From positions 1 to 20,230 of the forward strand of contig JBNKCR010000044.1 in NCBI GenBank assembly GCA_050287845.1: 20,230 nucleotides of DNA, in the 5' to 3' direction. Made by a program: the position numbers and the translations under genes. Of this stretch, positions 8,342 to 17,406 are shown piece by piece; the stretch's first letter is position 1, and every line of letters starts with the position of its first letter. Source of the stretch: Polyangia bacterium (GTDB lineage: Bacteria > Myxococcota_A > Polyangia > JAAYKL01). The notes beneath the pieces are model-generated. The model saw only the letters and a list, made by a program, of their open reading frames with translations. It made no database searches and was not told the DNA's origin.

Positions 8342-10198
8342 CTACGGGGTGGTTCCTTCAATGAAATCCGCCAGGGAGTTGGCAATATATGCGAGTAAAT
8401 CGGCGGACTCCCGAGTGAAACCGGTTGGTTCAGTGCTGTTAATTAATTCTATTGCACCGATATTGTGGTTTCGCACCGTGATAGGCGCACACACGATGTT
8501 GTCCACCGCGAGCCCCGTTTCCCTGAGCAGCGACGCCTTGATTTCCTGCGGTTGATCGGAGCGGGCAACTTTCCCTGTGCGCAGACAGAAGCCGATAAGT
8601 CCATCAGCGATGGATAACCTGGCGCCGAGACGGGTTTCCGGAATGGCCCCGTCGATTGCCGAAATATAGAGTTCGTTCTGCTCCGGCGCGAGAAGGGTAC
8701 AGATGGCGGCCTGACATCTGATGAGCCGTCGAGACAGTGACAGCGCGAAATTGCTGGCTTCATCATGATTCTCCGGGCCGAACAGGTGTTGCACATTCTT
8801 GAACGCTTCCAGTACAACCGCATTGATCTCCGTGGCAATGGGCTCGGTGGCTTTGGCAGGCGGTGTGGAAACCCGCGCTTCGATGGGCACGGTTTTTCGG
8901 TGGCGGTCATTGTTTTCGGCCACAACCAGCGATACACGACTGGCGCGGTCGTCGTAAGCTACTTCTTCGATGGAACTGGGTTCGTCGCCGAACACGACCG
9001 GGCCATCCTTGTAATGTACGAGCTGAGTGAGCAGGGCGTCATTAAAACCCATCACCGCGCGCAGCGATGCCGTTGGAGACGCCAACCGCGTGACACAGGC
9101 GAGTGCGTCCATGGTGAGGATGACTTCCCTGTCGCGAATCACTCGTACGGATGTTCCCGCATACATCATCAGTAATTGCTCAATCATATAGGCTGAAGGT
9201 GGCGCACTGACGTCATTTTCTGGCAGCACCACACACATTCTTCCGGCTTCTCTGTCATCAATTACAATCCTGAAATCGGATCGCTTTGTGGTTTGAACAA
9301 GCAACTGTTCAAGAGTTGAGGGTACGGTGTCAATGGCGGTCACAAAAACGTCTTCGAAATAGACTTTTTCTCCGAATCCTTCCTGAGGCATCATCAGACT
9401 GAGCGTCTGAAAAACGATTTTTACCACACCCGGGTCGTGTGCCTTCTGTGGCGGTGTCCTGTGCGGGGAGTCCCCGACAGGCGGGCCGGCCAGGGATGGC
9501 GGAATGGTATCCGCTGTAAAATCTTCCCGGGTCAGGAAATCGCGGATGTGCGTTTTGTTCAGGTTTTCCACCGGAGGCGACGCGAATAATTCCGGTGCGG
9601 ATTCCTCGGATGCAATCAGGGATTCCCGCACGTCAAAATCGTCCGCGGTATCTCTTTCCGCATCTGCATCACTTTCAACATCACCGACTTTATCAGCAAA
9701 TATCGGATTCAGAGCCGTATCGTCCATTTCCATCTCTTCGATGGGTTCCGGCGGATAAGAAGACGCCGTCCTGGGCAAAGGAACCCTGGGCGGCATGGGC
9801 ATTTCATCCTGAAGATCGGCCATCGGAGGCGTCGCGGACGGCGTTGGCGCCGATGGTTCCGCTTCAGATATGGATACAGAAATGCCATACCGGTCGAGTT
9901 TATCCATGCCGGTAATGGTGATGCCAATCGGATTTTTGCCGGGGGATGAATTGTTTTCGACCCACGATACAATTCCCCTGGCCCGATAGGTATATTCCTG
10001 ACCGGGGAATTTAATGTCCAGTTGCACGAGGGTACCTAACGGAAAGTGGGCGTCGGTTTCAAGCATCAGCCCGGAACGTGCAGGCTCACGACGTTTGGAG
10101 GCGGAAAGAGTCATCACTTCGCCAGCGCCGGAATACAGCGGCTCTATGGTATATTTGCAACCTTCGCCAACCTGTTTATACGTAACGGGCATGCTCAT
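8342..10198 (-). CDS. PilZ-like domain / Pro- and acid-rich linker / C-terminal GAF domain signalling protein
   Basis: N-terminal GLMLET..FPLGTLVQLDIKFP....RARGIVSWV...IGI is a PilZ barrel pattern. C-terminal GLIGFCLRTG...IVCAPI...IGAIELIN...FTRESADLL is a GAF pattern. RBS spacing favours ATG 10192 as the start. Confidence 0.75.
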   Translation of the reverse strand: MSMPVTYKQVGEGCKYTIEPLYSGAGEVMTLSASKRREPARSGLMLETDAHFPLGTLVQLDIKFPGQEYTYRARGIVSWVENNSSPGKNPIGITITGMDKLDRYGISVSISEAEPSAPTPSATPPMADLQDEMPMPPRVPLPRTASSYPPEPIEEMEMDDTALNPIFADKVGDVESDADAERDTADDFDVRESLIASEESAPELFASPPVENLNKTHIRDFLTREDFTADTIPPSLAGPPVGDSPHRTPPQKAHDPGVVKIVFQTLSLMMPQEGFGEKVYFEDVFVTAIDTVPSTLEQLLVQTTKRSDFRIVIDDREAGRMCVVLPENDVSAPPSAYMIEQLLMMYAGTSVRVIRDREVILTMDALACVTRLASPTASLRAVMGFNDALLTQLVHYKDGPVVFGDEPSSIEEVAYDDRASRVSLVVAENNDRHRKTVPIEARVSTPPAKATEPIATEINAVVLEAFKNVQHLFGPENHDEASNFALSLSRRLIRCQAAICTLLAPEQNELYISAIDGAIPETRLGARLSIADGLIGFCLRTGKVARSDQPQEIKASLLRETGLAVDNIVCAPITVRNHNIGAIELINSTEPTGFTRESADLLAYIANSLADFIEGTTP

Positions 10199-10413
10199 TC
10201 TCCTCGCCTATAATAGAATCGGCAAAGTATGGTGGTCTTAAAGGGGGGAATGCAACGATATGCAATATTGGCCGATTTGCTGCAAATAGAAGACTTTTGC
10301 TTTAAATGACATAGAATGAGGGGCGGTAGCGGTATGGAAGTTCAGAGAGACACCGCCATTTCGGTCTTTTTCGTCTGCTTCATGCTGGCATCACATTTGC
10401 GAAACCCCACTCC

Positions 10414-11646
10414 ATGATGCGCTTATATCAGATATTACGGATATTCAATACAATACGACAACGGAATTCTGGAGCCACAAGTCGCCATGGGGGGAAAAAG
10501 TGGATTCGGTGCATGCTGCGTGGTGGGCTGTTGATTGCCACTCTGGGAATAGGGGGGATGGTCTGGTACTTCTTTCCGTTGATGACCCTTGACGGACAAC
10601 ATTGTCCCGTTCCGGAAATATTTGAAGATGGAGCAGGCCACGACGGGCGAGTGACGGAGATAGGTTTCAAGCATCTGGTGGTGGGGTGGTTTCACGGCAT
10701 GCAGCCCCTCGACAGAAAAACAAATGTACTGATTCTGGGCTTTGATGAGGGGGACAAATCATACACAGGTCGCACAGATGTAATGATTGTGGCGGAAGTG
10801 GATCCGGCACATGGAATTGAAATGATCAGTATCCCCCGGGACCTCTGGGTAGCGTTCCCAACCGAACTTGTGGTGGATGGCGTTCTGCGGAATGCGGATA
10901 TGAGTCGTTTGGCGTCATCGGATACGCCTGTTGATCGTACTCACAATCGCATTAATGCTGTATACCGCCTGGGCAACCGATATTTTGGAAAGGGGATGGG
11001 GCTTCATGTGCTGAAGAAGGTTTTAAAAGATGAGTTGGGACTGTCCGTGGATTATACCGTTGCCGTGGGATATGAGGGCGTGCGTGAGATTATCGATATG
11101 GTGGGTGGAATTACCGTGAATGTGCCGTGCCCGATTCGGGACAATTTTATCAGCCACACATCCCCATCCGGTTATGAGATGATGGATGTTGCGGCAGGCG
11201 TTCAGCAGTTCTCCGGGCATCAGGCGTTGTTATATATGCGCTCCAGGCATGGTCGAACGGATATGGACCGATCAGAGCGGCAACAGCTGGTGCTGAAGGG
11301 ACTGCGCGAGCGGGTGATGAGCGAGCGGAATTTTTTTGCGTTGCCCCGTCTCGTGGCGCACATGCTGAAGTTTGTGAAGACTGACGCGGATGTTGAAACA
11401 ATACTGCAACTGGCAACAACCGCGAGACGTCTGCAGGGTAAACTGTATGGGATGGTAATGAGAGCGCCAGTGGTTTCCGCCATGGAGACTCCCGATGGCC
11501 GAAGAGTGCTGGTATTGAACCGCGAAAAGTATCTTGCGCAGCGAAAAAAACGAAACACTGTGGCGTTGGCGGATATTCAGGCTCGCCGAGCTGTTTGTGC
11601 CGGCGTCGACGCAGCTCTCAACTGGCGGAATTTAAAGCCAAAATAG
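10414..11646 (+). CDS. LCP (LytR-CpsA-Psr) family protein
   Basis: N-terminal TM helix; NVLILGFD, GRTDVMIV, SIPRDLWV, RINAVY, IDMVGGITV, ALLYMRSRH..DMDRSERQQ. Start codon uncertain. Confidence 0.92.
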   Translation: MMRLYQILRIFNTIRQRNSGATSRHGGKKWIRCMLRGGLLIATLGIGGMVWYFFPLMTLDGQHCPVPEIFEDGAGHDGRVTEIGFKHLVVGWFHGMQPLDRKTNVLILGFDEGDKSYTGRTDVMIVAEVDPAHGIEMISIPRDLWVAFPTELVVDGVLRNADMSRLASSDTPVDRTHNRINAVYRLGNRYFGKGMGLHVLKKVLKDELGLSVDYTVAVGYEGVREIIDMVGGITVNVPCPIRDNFISHTSPSGYEMMDVAAGVQQFSGHQALLYMRSRHGRTDMDRSERQQLVLKGLRERVMSERNFFALPRLVAHMLKFVKTDADVETILQLATTARRLQGKLYGMVMRAPVVSAMETPDGRRVLVLNREKYLAQRKKRNTVALADIQARRAVCAGVDAALNWRNLKPK

Positions 11647-11856
11647 ATGTGTTACAGTCGTGTTTCTCTTTGGTGTCCATGATTTGAATATTTTCATTTT
11701 TTTTCACATTTTACTGTTCTTTTTATTTTTTTGTGGTTCAATTCCCTCACACGTGACTTTCAACTGGTAATCGAGCGATTCGCCTCGTTTTCGTGAAAGA
11801 AAGTTTCGTCATGACTAACCCGATAGAACAGTGATTTGTTCTGCAAGGAGGAAAAA

Positions 11857-12144
11857 ATGAAAAAGGTATTCGCATTGGTATTGGTTTTTTTGTTTGCACT
11901 GGTGATCGGCTGTGGCGGATCTCAGCCGTCCTCTGATACAACTACGGTAGAAGAGTCGGCAACAGTTGTACCGGATGCCGGCGCTGGTCTGGAACCTGCT
12001 GCGATGGATGAAGCGGGCGCCGCCAATGAAGGCGAAGCTGCCTCAGAGGATATGGCCACAGAGGAAAACGCGGAATCAACTGAAGCGGGTGACGAAATGG
12101 CTGCGGATGCCGAAGGTGAAGCAGATATGGAGGCAACGGAGTAG
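11857..12144 (+). CDS. Small acidic, probably disordered lipoprotein
   Basis: AAGGAGG RBS before ATG 11857; signal MKKVFALVLVFLFALVIG-C; mature part rich in A/E/D with no aromatic or basic residues. Confidence 0.75.
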   Translation: MKKVFALVLVFLFALVIGCGGSQPSSDTTTVEESATVVPDAGAGLEPAAMDEAGAANEGEAASEDMATEENAESTEAGDEMAADAEGEADMEATE

Positions 12145-12198
12145 CCGCGTCAGCAAAGCACTGCCTTTCCCGTTCGCCTTTCAATTTTTCTCCACGCA

Positions 12199-12228
12199 TT
12201 GACAAAATGAATTTTAATTCGATACAAT
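12199..12228 (+). promoter_or_regulatory. Putative sigma70 promoter of the OmpA-domain gene
   Basis: TTGACA (12199-12204), 18-nt spacer, TACAAT (12223-12228); AAGGAG RBS before ATG 12302. Confidence 0.65.
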
Positions 12229-12301
12229 ATGGCCACAGATTCATGAACATGTTATCTGGTTATTAATGGATTTCAGCATCTCAACTCAAGGAGTGTAATC
12301 G

Positions 12302-14653
12302 ATGGTTCGCCTCTCTGATTATTTGATAGCGTCTATTCTGTTGGTCATCGGTATATTTTTTTCCACGACGGTTCGGGCGCAACAGGATTTGGCCGGATAT
12401 AACGAAGAATCCGCCGGAGTTCTGGATTATAGTGACGCTGAAGCCGCGGGTACAGCACCATTGGCTGCTGATGAGGATCCGGACGCCGTTGTTTCCGATG
12501 GATCTGATGCGCAAGCGGAATCCGGTGGCGACGTTGATGCGGAGATGGCGACTGCTGCAGCGGTGGATGAAACCGGCGTTGTTGACGTTTCAGCAACGGA
12601 TACCGCGGAGGTTGGGGGGGATGCCGAACAGCAGAAGGACGACGCGCTTCCGGTCGATGCTGCGGCAATCGATGCAGATTTCGAGGCGGTAAACGCGTTC
12701 GACGAGGAGAAGGGCCGCGAAGATCGCATGGATTGGGAATGGGGAGCAATGCGATATCATACCGGATGGGCATCCACTGCCGGATTGATGGACATCAAGC
12801 TGGCTGGTTCCAATGCGCCGGGCACACTGTCGATGGGGATCTTCGCCGGTTATTTCAAGTATAGCGATTATCTTATAAAGGGAGATGTGAATACCGCCAT
12901 GGCGGGGACGCTCAATTTCAGGGCCACTGTATGGAAATATCTGGAGTTGCATACCGCCATTCGCACATACGCCAATCATAACACTGCTGAATATCCAAGA
13001 CTTTTTCAGACAATTGGCGACATTCAGATCGGTGCCAAGGGATTTTACAGCTTCAACAAGTTGATTACAGCCGCTCTCGATTTGCATTTCAATATCCTGA
13101 ATGCAGTGGGAAGTGTGGGCATGCGATGGTCCGGCACCAGTGTCGGCATTGATTCGCTGGCAACATTTGATTTTACCTCGATTTCGGAGCAGGTGCCCGT
13201 GCGTGCCCACCTGATGCTGGGATATATTTTCGATAATTCATATAAAATCAGTGAAGATGTGGAGGTTGCGGGCGGTGGATGCGGTTCGGATTCGGACAAT
13301 GATGGTGAAGTGGAATACACCGGCTGTCTCAGTCCGGTAGAACGAACGGCACTGGGAATCGATCGCAACGATCAGGTGCATCTCGGTGTGGGCTTTGACG
13401 GCTTGTTGCCCTATGTATCTCCCATTCTCGAATGGCATCTCGAGATACCGGTAAATCGACAGGGCTTCACCTGTCCGCAGATTCCGGGCAGTTACGATTC
13501 ATGCATGGCAGATGCAGGGGCCAAGGGAATGCGCCAGTGGCTGAATATCGGCGTGCGGGGGCTGCCTCCCGTGAAAGGTTTGGCTATAGATTTCGGTGTT
13601 GAGGTGGGACTTGCCGGCTACGCCCCTTCAGTCCACGAGCTGGCTGCTCAGGAACCGTATATGATTAAGTTTGGATTGAGCTATCAATTGAACCCATTCG
13701 AGAAGCCGCCAAAGTGTGAACCGGTTGAAAAGGTAGCAGCAGCAACGCCCCTGCCGGAAGAGGTGGTTCGCGGCGCACAGATAGTGGGAATGGTTCACGA
13801 TGCTGAGTCAACCGAATCTCCCGTTGGAGATGCGGTGGTTGTGTACGATGGCCTGGAGCTGAATCCCCAGGTTACCAGTGCCGCCGGCCGTTTTAATTCC
13901 TATGAGTTGCCAGCGGGCGACGTGGCACTCGTTGTTTCGGCGCCCAACTACGAAGAACAACAGTTTGTGGTGACGGTTCCGGAATCCGGTTTTGTGGAGC
14001 AGCTATTCCCGCTGGTGCGCAAACCCATGAAAGGCGTTGTCACTGTGCGACTGGTCGACGATAAAGGGGAGCCTGTTCCGGAAATGGAAGTCTACGTCAG
14101 TGGCACCATGGAGGGAACGTTTACCAGCGATGCAGAAGGCCAGGTGATGCTGGAAGCGGATGCCGGGAACTTGACGTTCATTGTGAGCAACGAAGCATAC
14201 ATGCATAAACAGATTTCCGTGGAGTTGAAGCCGGATACCCACGAAAAGGCGACCATGGAGTTGAAAAAGAAAGGCAAGCAGGCCCTTGCGGAAGTGAAGA
14301 AAGATCGGATTCGGATTCGGAGAAAAATTCATTTCCGGACGAATTCCGATGTCATCAATGAAAATTCATTCTCCCTGCTGGATGAGGTGGCCGATATTCT
14401 GCTTAAGAACCCACAGATTCAGAAGGTAGAAATTCAGGGGCATACCGATGACCGCGGTAATCGCGATCACAATGTGAAGCTGAGTCAGAAGCGGGCCGAG
14501 TCGGTGCGCGAGTATCTGATTCGCGCCGGGGTCTCCGGCGATCGACTGGATGCAAAAGGGTTCGGCCCCAATCGTCCCATTGCACCCAATGTCATCGATA
14601 CGGGACGTGCAAAAAACCGTCGCGTGGAATTCCACATTATTCAAGCCGAATAA
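12302..14653 (+). CDS. OmpA family outer-membrane protein: signal peptide, acidic linker, probable beta-barrel, two carboxypeptidase-regulatory-like beta-sandwiches, OmpA C-terminal peptidoglycan-binding domain
   Basis: C-terminal IHFRTNSD, VEIQGHTDDRG, NVKLSQKRAESVREYL, GFGPNRPI, NRRVEFHI. Alternating amphipathic strands in the middle. Sec signal ending VRA-Q. Confidence 0.88.
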   Translation: MVRLSDYLIASILLVIGIFFSTTVRAQQDLAGYNEESAGVLDYSDAEAAGTAPLAADEDPDAVVSDGSDAQAESGGDVDAEMATAAAVDETGVVDVSATDTAEVGGDAEQQKDDALPVDAAAIDADFEAVNAFDEEKGREDRMDWEWGAMRYHTGWASTAGLMDIKLAGSNAPGTLSMGIFAGYFKYSDYLIKGDVNTAMAGTLNFRATVWKYLELHTAIRTYANHNTAEYPRLFQTIGDIQIGAKGFYSFNKLITAALDLHFNILNAVGSVGMRWSGTSVGIDSLATFDFTSISEQVPVRAHLMLGYIFDNSYKISEDVEVAGGGCGSDSDNDGEVEYTGCLSPVERTALGIDRNDQVHLGVGFDGLLPYVSPILEWHLEIPVNRQGFTCPQIPGSYDSCMADAGAKGMRQWLNIGVRGLPPVKGLAIDFGVEVGLAGYAPSVHELAAQEPYMIKFGLSYQLNPFEKPPKCEPVEKVAAATPLPEEVVRGAQIVGMVHDAESTESPVGDAVVVYDGLELNPQVTSAAGRFNSYELPAGDVALVVSAPNYEEQQFVVTVPESGFVEQLFPLVRKPMKGVVTVRLVDDKGEPVPEMEVYVSGTMEGTFTSDAEGQVMLEADAGNLTFIVSNEAYMHKQISVELKPDTHEKATMELKKKGKQALAEVKKDRIRIRRKIHFRTNSDVINENSFSLLDEVADILLKNPQIQKVEIQGHTDDRGNRDHNVKLSQKRAESVREYLIRAGVSGDRLDAKGFGPNRPIAPNVIDTGRAKNRRVEFHIIQAE

Positions 14654-14844
14654 CAACAATCCGAACAGCCGCTTCCTTTTTCATTCGTGCCCGTTCACCA
14701 GCCTGGATGAAGCACAACACACGGAAATCAGCTGTTTTTAAATGGACAGCAATGTGATTCGTTGCTAGACCGAGTCGATGTTCAGTCGATCGCGCGACAA
14801 GACCATGTGTTGGGTCCTGAAATAAATGGGAGAGAAGAAAAATT

Positions 14845-16227
14845 ATGTCTGAAGTAAGAGTACGATTTGCACCATCACCCACTGGCGTTCTGCACCTTGG
14901 CGGTGCCAGAACCGCATTGTTCAACTATCTGTTTGCCCGCCATGAAGGGGGCAAGTTTTTATTGCGTATAGAAGACACCGATAGAGAGCGTTCCACTGAT
15001 GAATCCACGCAGGCGATTATTGATGCGATGGCATGGATGGGATTGCATCACGACGAAGAAATCGTTTTTCAATCAAAGCGAATCGACGCGCATTTTGAGG
15101 CGTTGGAAAAACTCATTTCGAAGAAGGCCGTTTACAGATGTTACTGCACTGCGGATGAGCGCAATGAGGCAAGGGCGCGGGCAGAAGCCGAAGGTAGTTC
15201 GTATATTCACCGTTGCCGTTGTCGGGATTCCGGAGAGGAAAAGGATTTGCCATTTGTCTGGCGGTTCCGCATGCCCCAGGACGGGGAAACGGTTTTTGAT
15301 GACATCGTTCAGGGCACCATCGTTACGCGAAACAGCGAAATTGAAGACCTGGTGGTGGCCCGGCAGGATGGCTCCCCACTGTATAATTTTGTGGTGGTTG
15401 TTGATGACGCATTTCAGCGAGTCAGCCATGTGATTCGCGGCAAGGATCACCTGACCAATACTCCTAAACAGATTCAGATATACAAAGCACTGGATTTGCC
15501 GGTGCCAAAATTTGCGCATCTCCCGCTGATTCTGGGGCTGTCCAAACGGCTTCGCTCGGCCGGGGTGGAAAGTTATCGGGATGCCGGATATCTTTCGAGC
15601 GGTCTGAACAACTATATCTCCCGGCTGGGTTGGTCTTATGGAGATCAGGAGATTTTCACCTTTGAAGAAATTATTGAAAAATTCGATTTGACCACTGTGA
15701 ATCGTTCTGAAGGTTCGCTGGATTTACAGAAAATGGAATGGGTCAACCAACAGCATATTCAGAATCTGGATGGCGCACGTCTTGCCGGTGAAGTGATTCC
15801 CTTCCTGAAGAACGAAGGTGTGGATGTATCTGCGGATGATGCCCGTTTGAGAGGTGGCGTGGAAACCATGCGTGCTCGGGCAAAGACGTTGATTGAATTG
15901 GCCCAGAACCTCAAGTTTTATTTTGTGGCAGATGAAGACCTGGCGTTTGACGAAAATGCGCGTGTAAAGTTTTTTACGGAATCCACTGTGCCGGTGCTTC
16001 ATCAGATGGCCGATGCGCTGGCAACTGTAACCGACTGGACAGAAGAAAATATTTCGGCGTGCGCCAATGCGTTTATGGAAAAAAATGGCCTGAAAATGAA
16101 GGCTGTGGCGCAGCCGTCCCGGGTTGCACTTGTTGGTCGGGCAGCCGGCCCCGGATTGTGGGAAACCATGGCCGTGCTTGGGAAAGAGTCATCCTTTCGT
16201 CGGCTTAAACTGGCGAAGGTGGCGTAA
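14845..16227 (+). CDS. gltX: Glutamate--tRNA ligase
   Basis: RVRFAPSPTG.LHLGGARTALFN (HIGH motif), LRIEDTD.ERS, YRCYC, VVVDD..Q.VSHVIRGKDH, LSKR (KMSKS motif), full-length anticodon-binding domain ending GPGLWE...LGKE. Confidence 0.96.
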   Translation: MSEVRVRFAPSPTGVLHLGGARTALFNYLFARHEGGKFLLRIEDTDRERSTDESTQAIIDAMAWMGLHHDEEIVFQSKRIDAHFEALEKLISKKAVYRCYCTADERNEARARAEAEGSSYIHRCRCRDSGEEKDLPFVWRFRMPQDGETVFDDIVQGTIVTRNSEIEDLVVARQDGSPLYNFVVVVDDAFQRVSHVIRGKDHLTNTPKQIQIYKALDLPVPKFAHLPLILGLSKRLRSAGVESYRDAGYLSSGLNNYISRLGWSYGDQEIFTFEEIIEKFDLTTVNRSEGSLDLQKMEWVNQQHIQNLDGARLAGEVIPFLKNEGVDVSADDARLRGGVETMRARAKTLIELAQNLKFYFVADEDLAFDENARVKFFTESTVPVLHQMADALATVTDWTEENISACANAFMEKNGLKMKAVAQPSRVALVGRAAGPGLWETMAVLGKESSFRRLKLAKVA

Positions 16228-16229
16228 CC

Positions 16230-17123
16230 TTGAGTGACCTGCGGTTCAGAGATCTTCATCCCCGTCGCTTTTTCCTCGATACCTGGCGGTCCATTGATGA
16301 CGATGCAGCAGCGTTTCGCGTCGCACATCAGGGGAAGAGCGACGCGTCCACCACTGCGTACGTTTACATTGTTGCCGCGATTTGCCTGACTTTATCGGAT
16401 TTGAATTATTTTGGTGGAATGGAAGCGTCAACAGCTCTGATGATGTTTTTTGACAACCCGGCATCACCGGAAATCCATCCCACACTGTGGTCGTTGTTCG
16501 GATGGATGAAACCATCGGTGCCGATTTACCTGTCGAACTGGGTCAATTTCTGGCACCTCGCGTATTGGTCCGCGGCAAAGATTGTGGCCTATCTGATCAT
16601 TCCTTCCATCGCTATCGCAATACATCCGCGACTTCGGTTTCGTGAAATCGGACTATCCACTACTGGTCTGCTTTCGCACTTATTGATATATGCGGTGCTC
16701 TTTATTCCGGTTCTCATTGCCGTTATCGCTGTCTCGTTCAGCAATGAGTTCACCACGTATTATCCGTTTTATGAAGAATCCATGCGTTCCGCATTCGACT
16801 TCTGGATATGGGAATCTTTATACTTCGTTCAGTTTTTTGCACTGGAGTTCTTTTTCAGGGGATTCATGCTGCAACCCACCCGGCGTTCAATGGGCTCGGC
16901 GGGGATTGTGGCCATGATGGTGCCGTACGTGATGATTCATTTTGGCAAGCCGCTTCCGGAATGCCTGGCCGCGGTGATTGCCGGTACTGTTCTGGGCACA
17001 CTGGCGCTGAAGACCCGGTCGGTCTGGGCCGGATTTCTTTTGCATGTGAGTGTCGCGCTGAGTATGGATATTTCGTCCAACCTGCAAAAAGGCGGTCTGG
17101 ATTGGCTGCGATCCATTTTTTGA
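16230..17123 (+). CDS. CPBP (Abi/CAAX type II) family intramembrane glutamic endopeptidase
   Basis: Multiple TM helices; LEFFFRG, YVMIHFGKP..E, GFLLH motifs. TTG start 2 nt after the gltX stop, so probably co-transcribed. Confidence 0.88.
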   Translation: MSDLRFRDLHPRRFFLDTWRSIDDDAAAFRVAHQGKSDASTTAYVYIVAAICLTLSDLNYFGGMEASTALMMFFDNPASPEIHPTLWSLFGWMKPSVPIYLSNWVNFWHLAYWSAAKIVAYLIIPSIAIAIHPRLRFREIGLSTTGLLSHLLIYAVLFIPVLIAVIAVSFSNEFTTYYPFYEESMRSAFDFWIWESLYFVQFFALEFFFRGFMLQPTRRSMGSAGIVAMMVPYVMIHFGKPLPECLAAVIAGTVLGTLALKTRSVWAGFLLHVSVALSMDISSNLQKGGLDWLRSIF

Positions 17124-17406
17124 ACCATCTTCGATGGTTTGGATACAAACGGATTTTTTCACATTTTTCAAAAATATAGTTGACGTTTTTTTTCAATATG
17201 GTGAATGTTTTTTGTGATTTTTCGTGTCATCACCTTTTTCTCACCACAGAATTACACCGCTATGGTATGGTGAACGCACAATATTGGACCATTGTATGTG
17301 GTTCAAATAGAAGGATCTGGTGCGATTGATCGATTTAATTATTGTCTGCCGAATGAAATGATGTGGTTGGTTGAATTGATATCCTTAACTTTGGAGGTCT
17401 GAAAAA

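Noticed and set aside
14654..14844. Possible structured leader (T-box or riboswitch) upstream of gltX
   Set aside because: No T-box consensus, terminator or recognisable aptamer found by eye.
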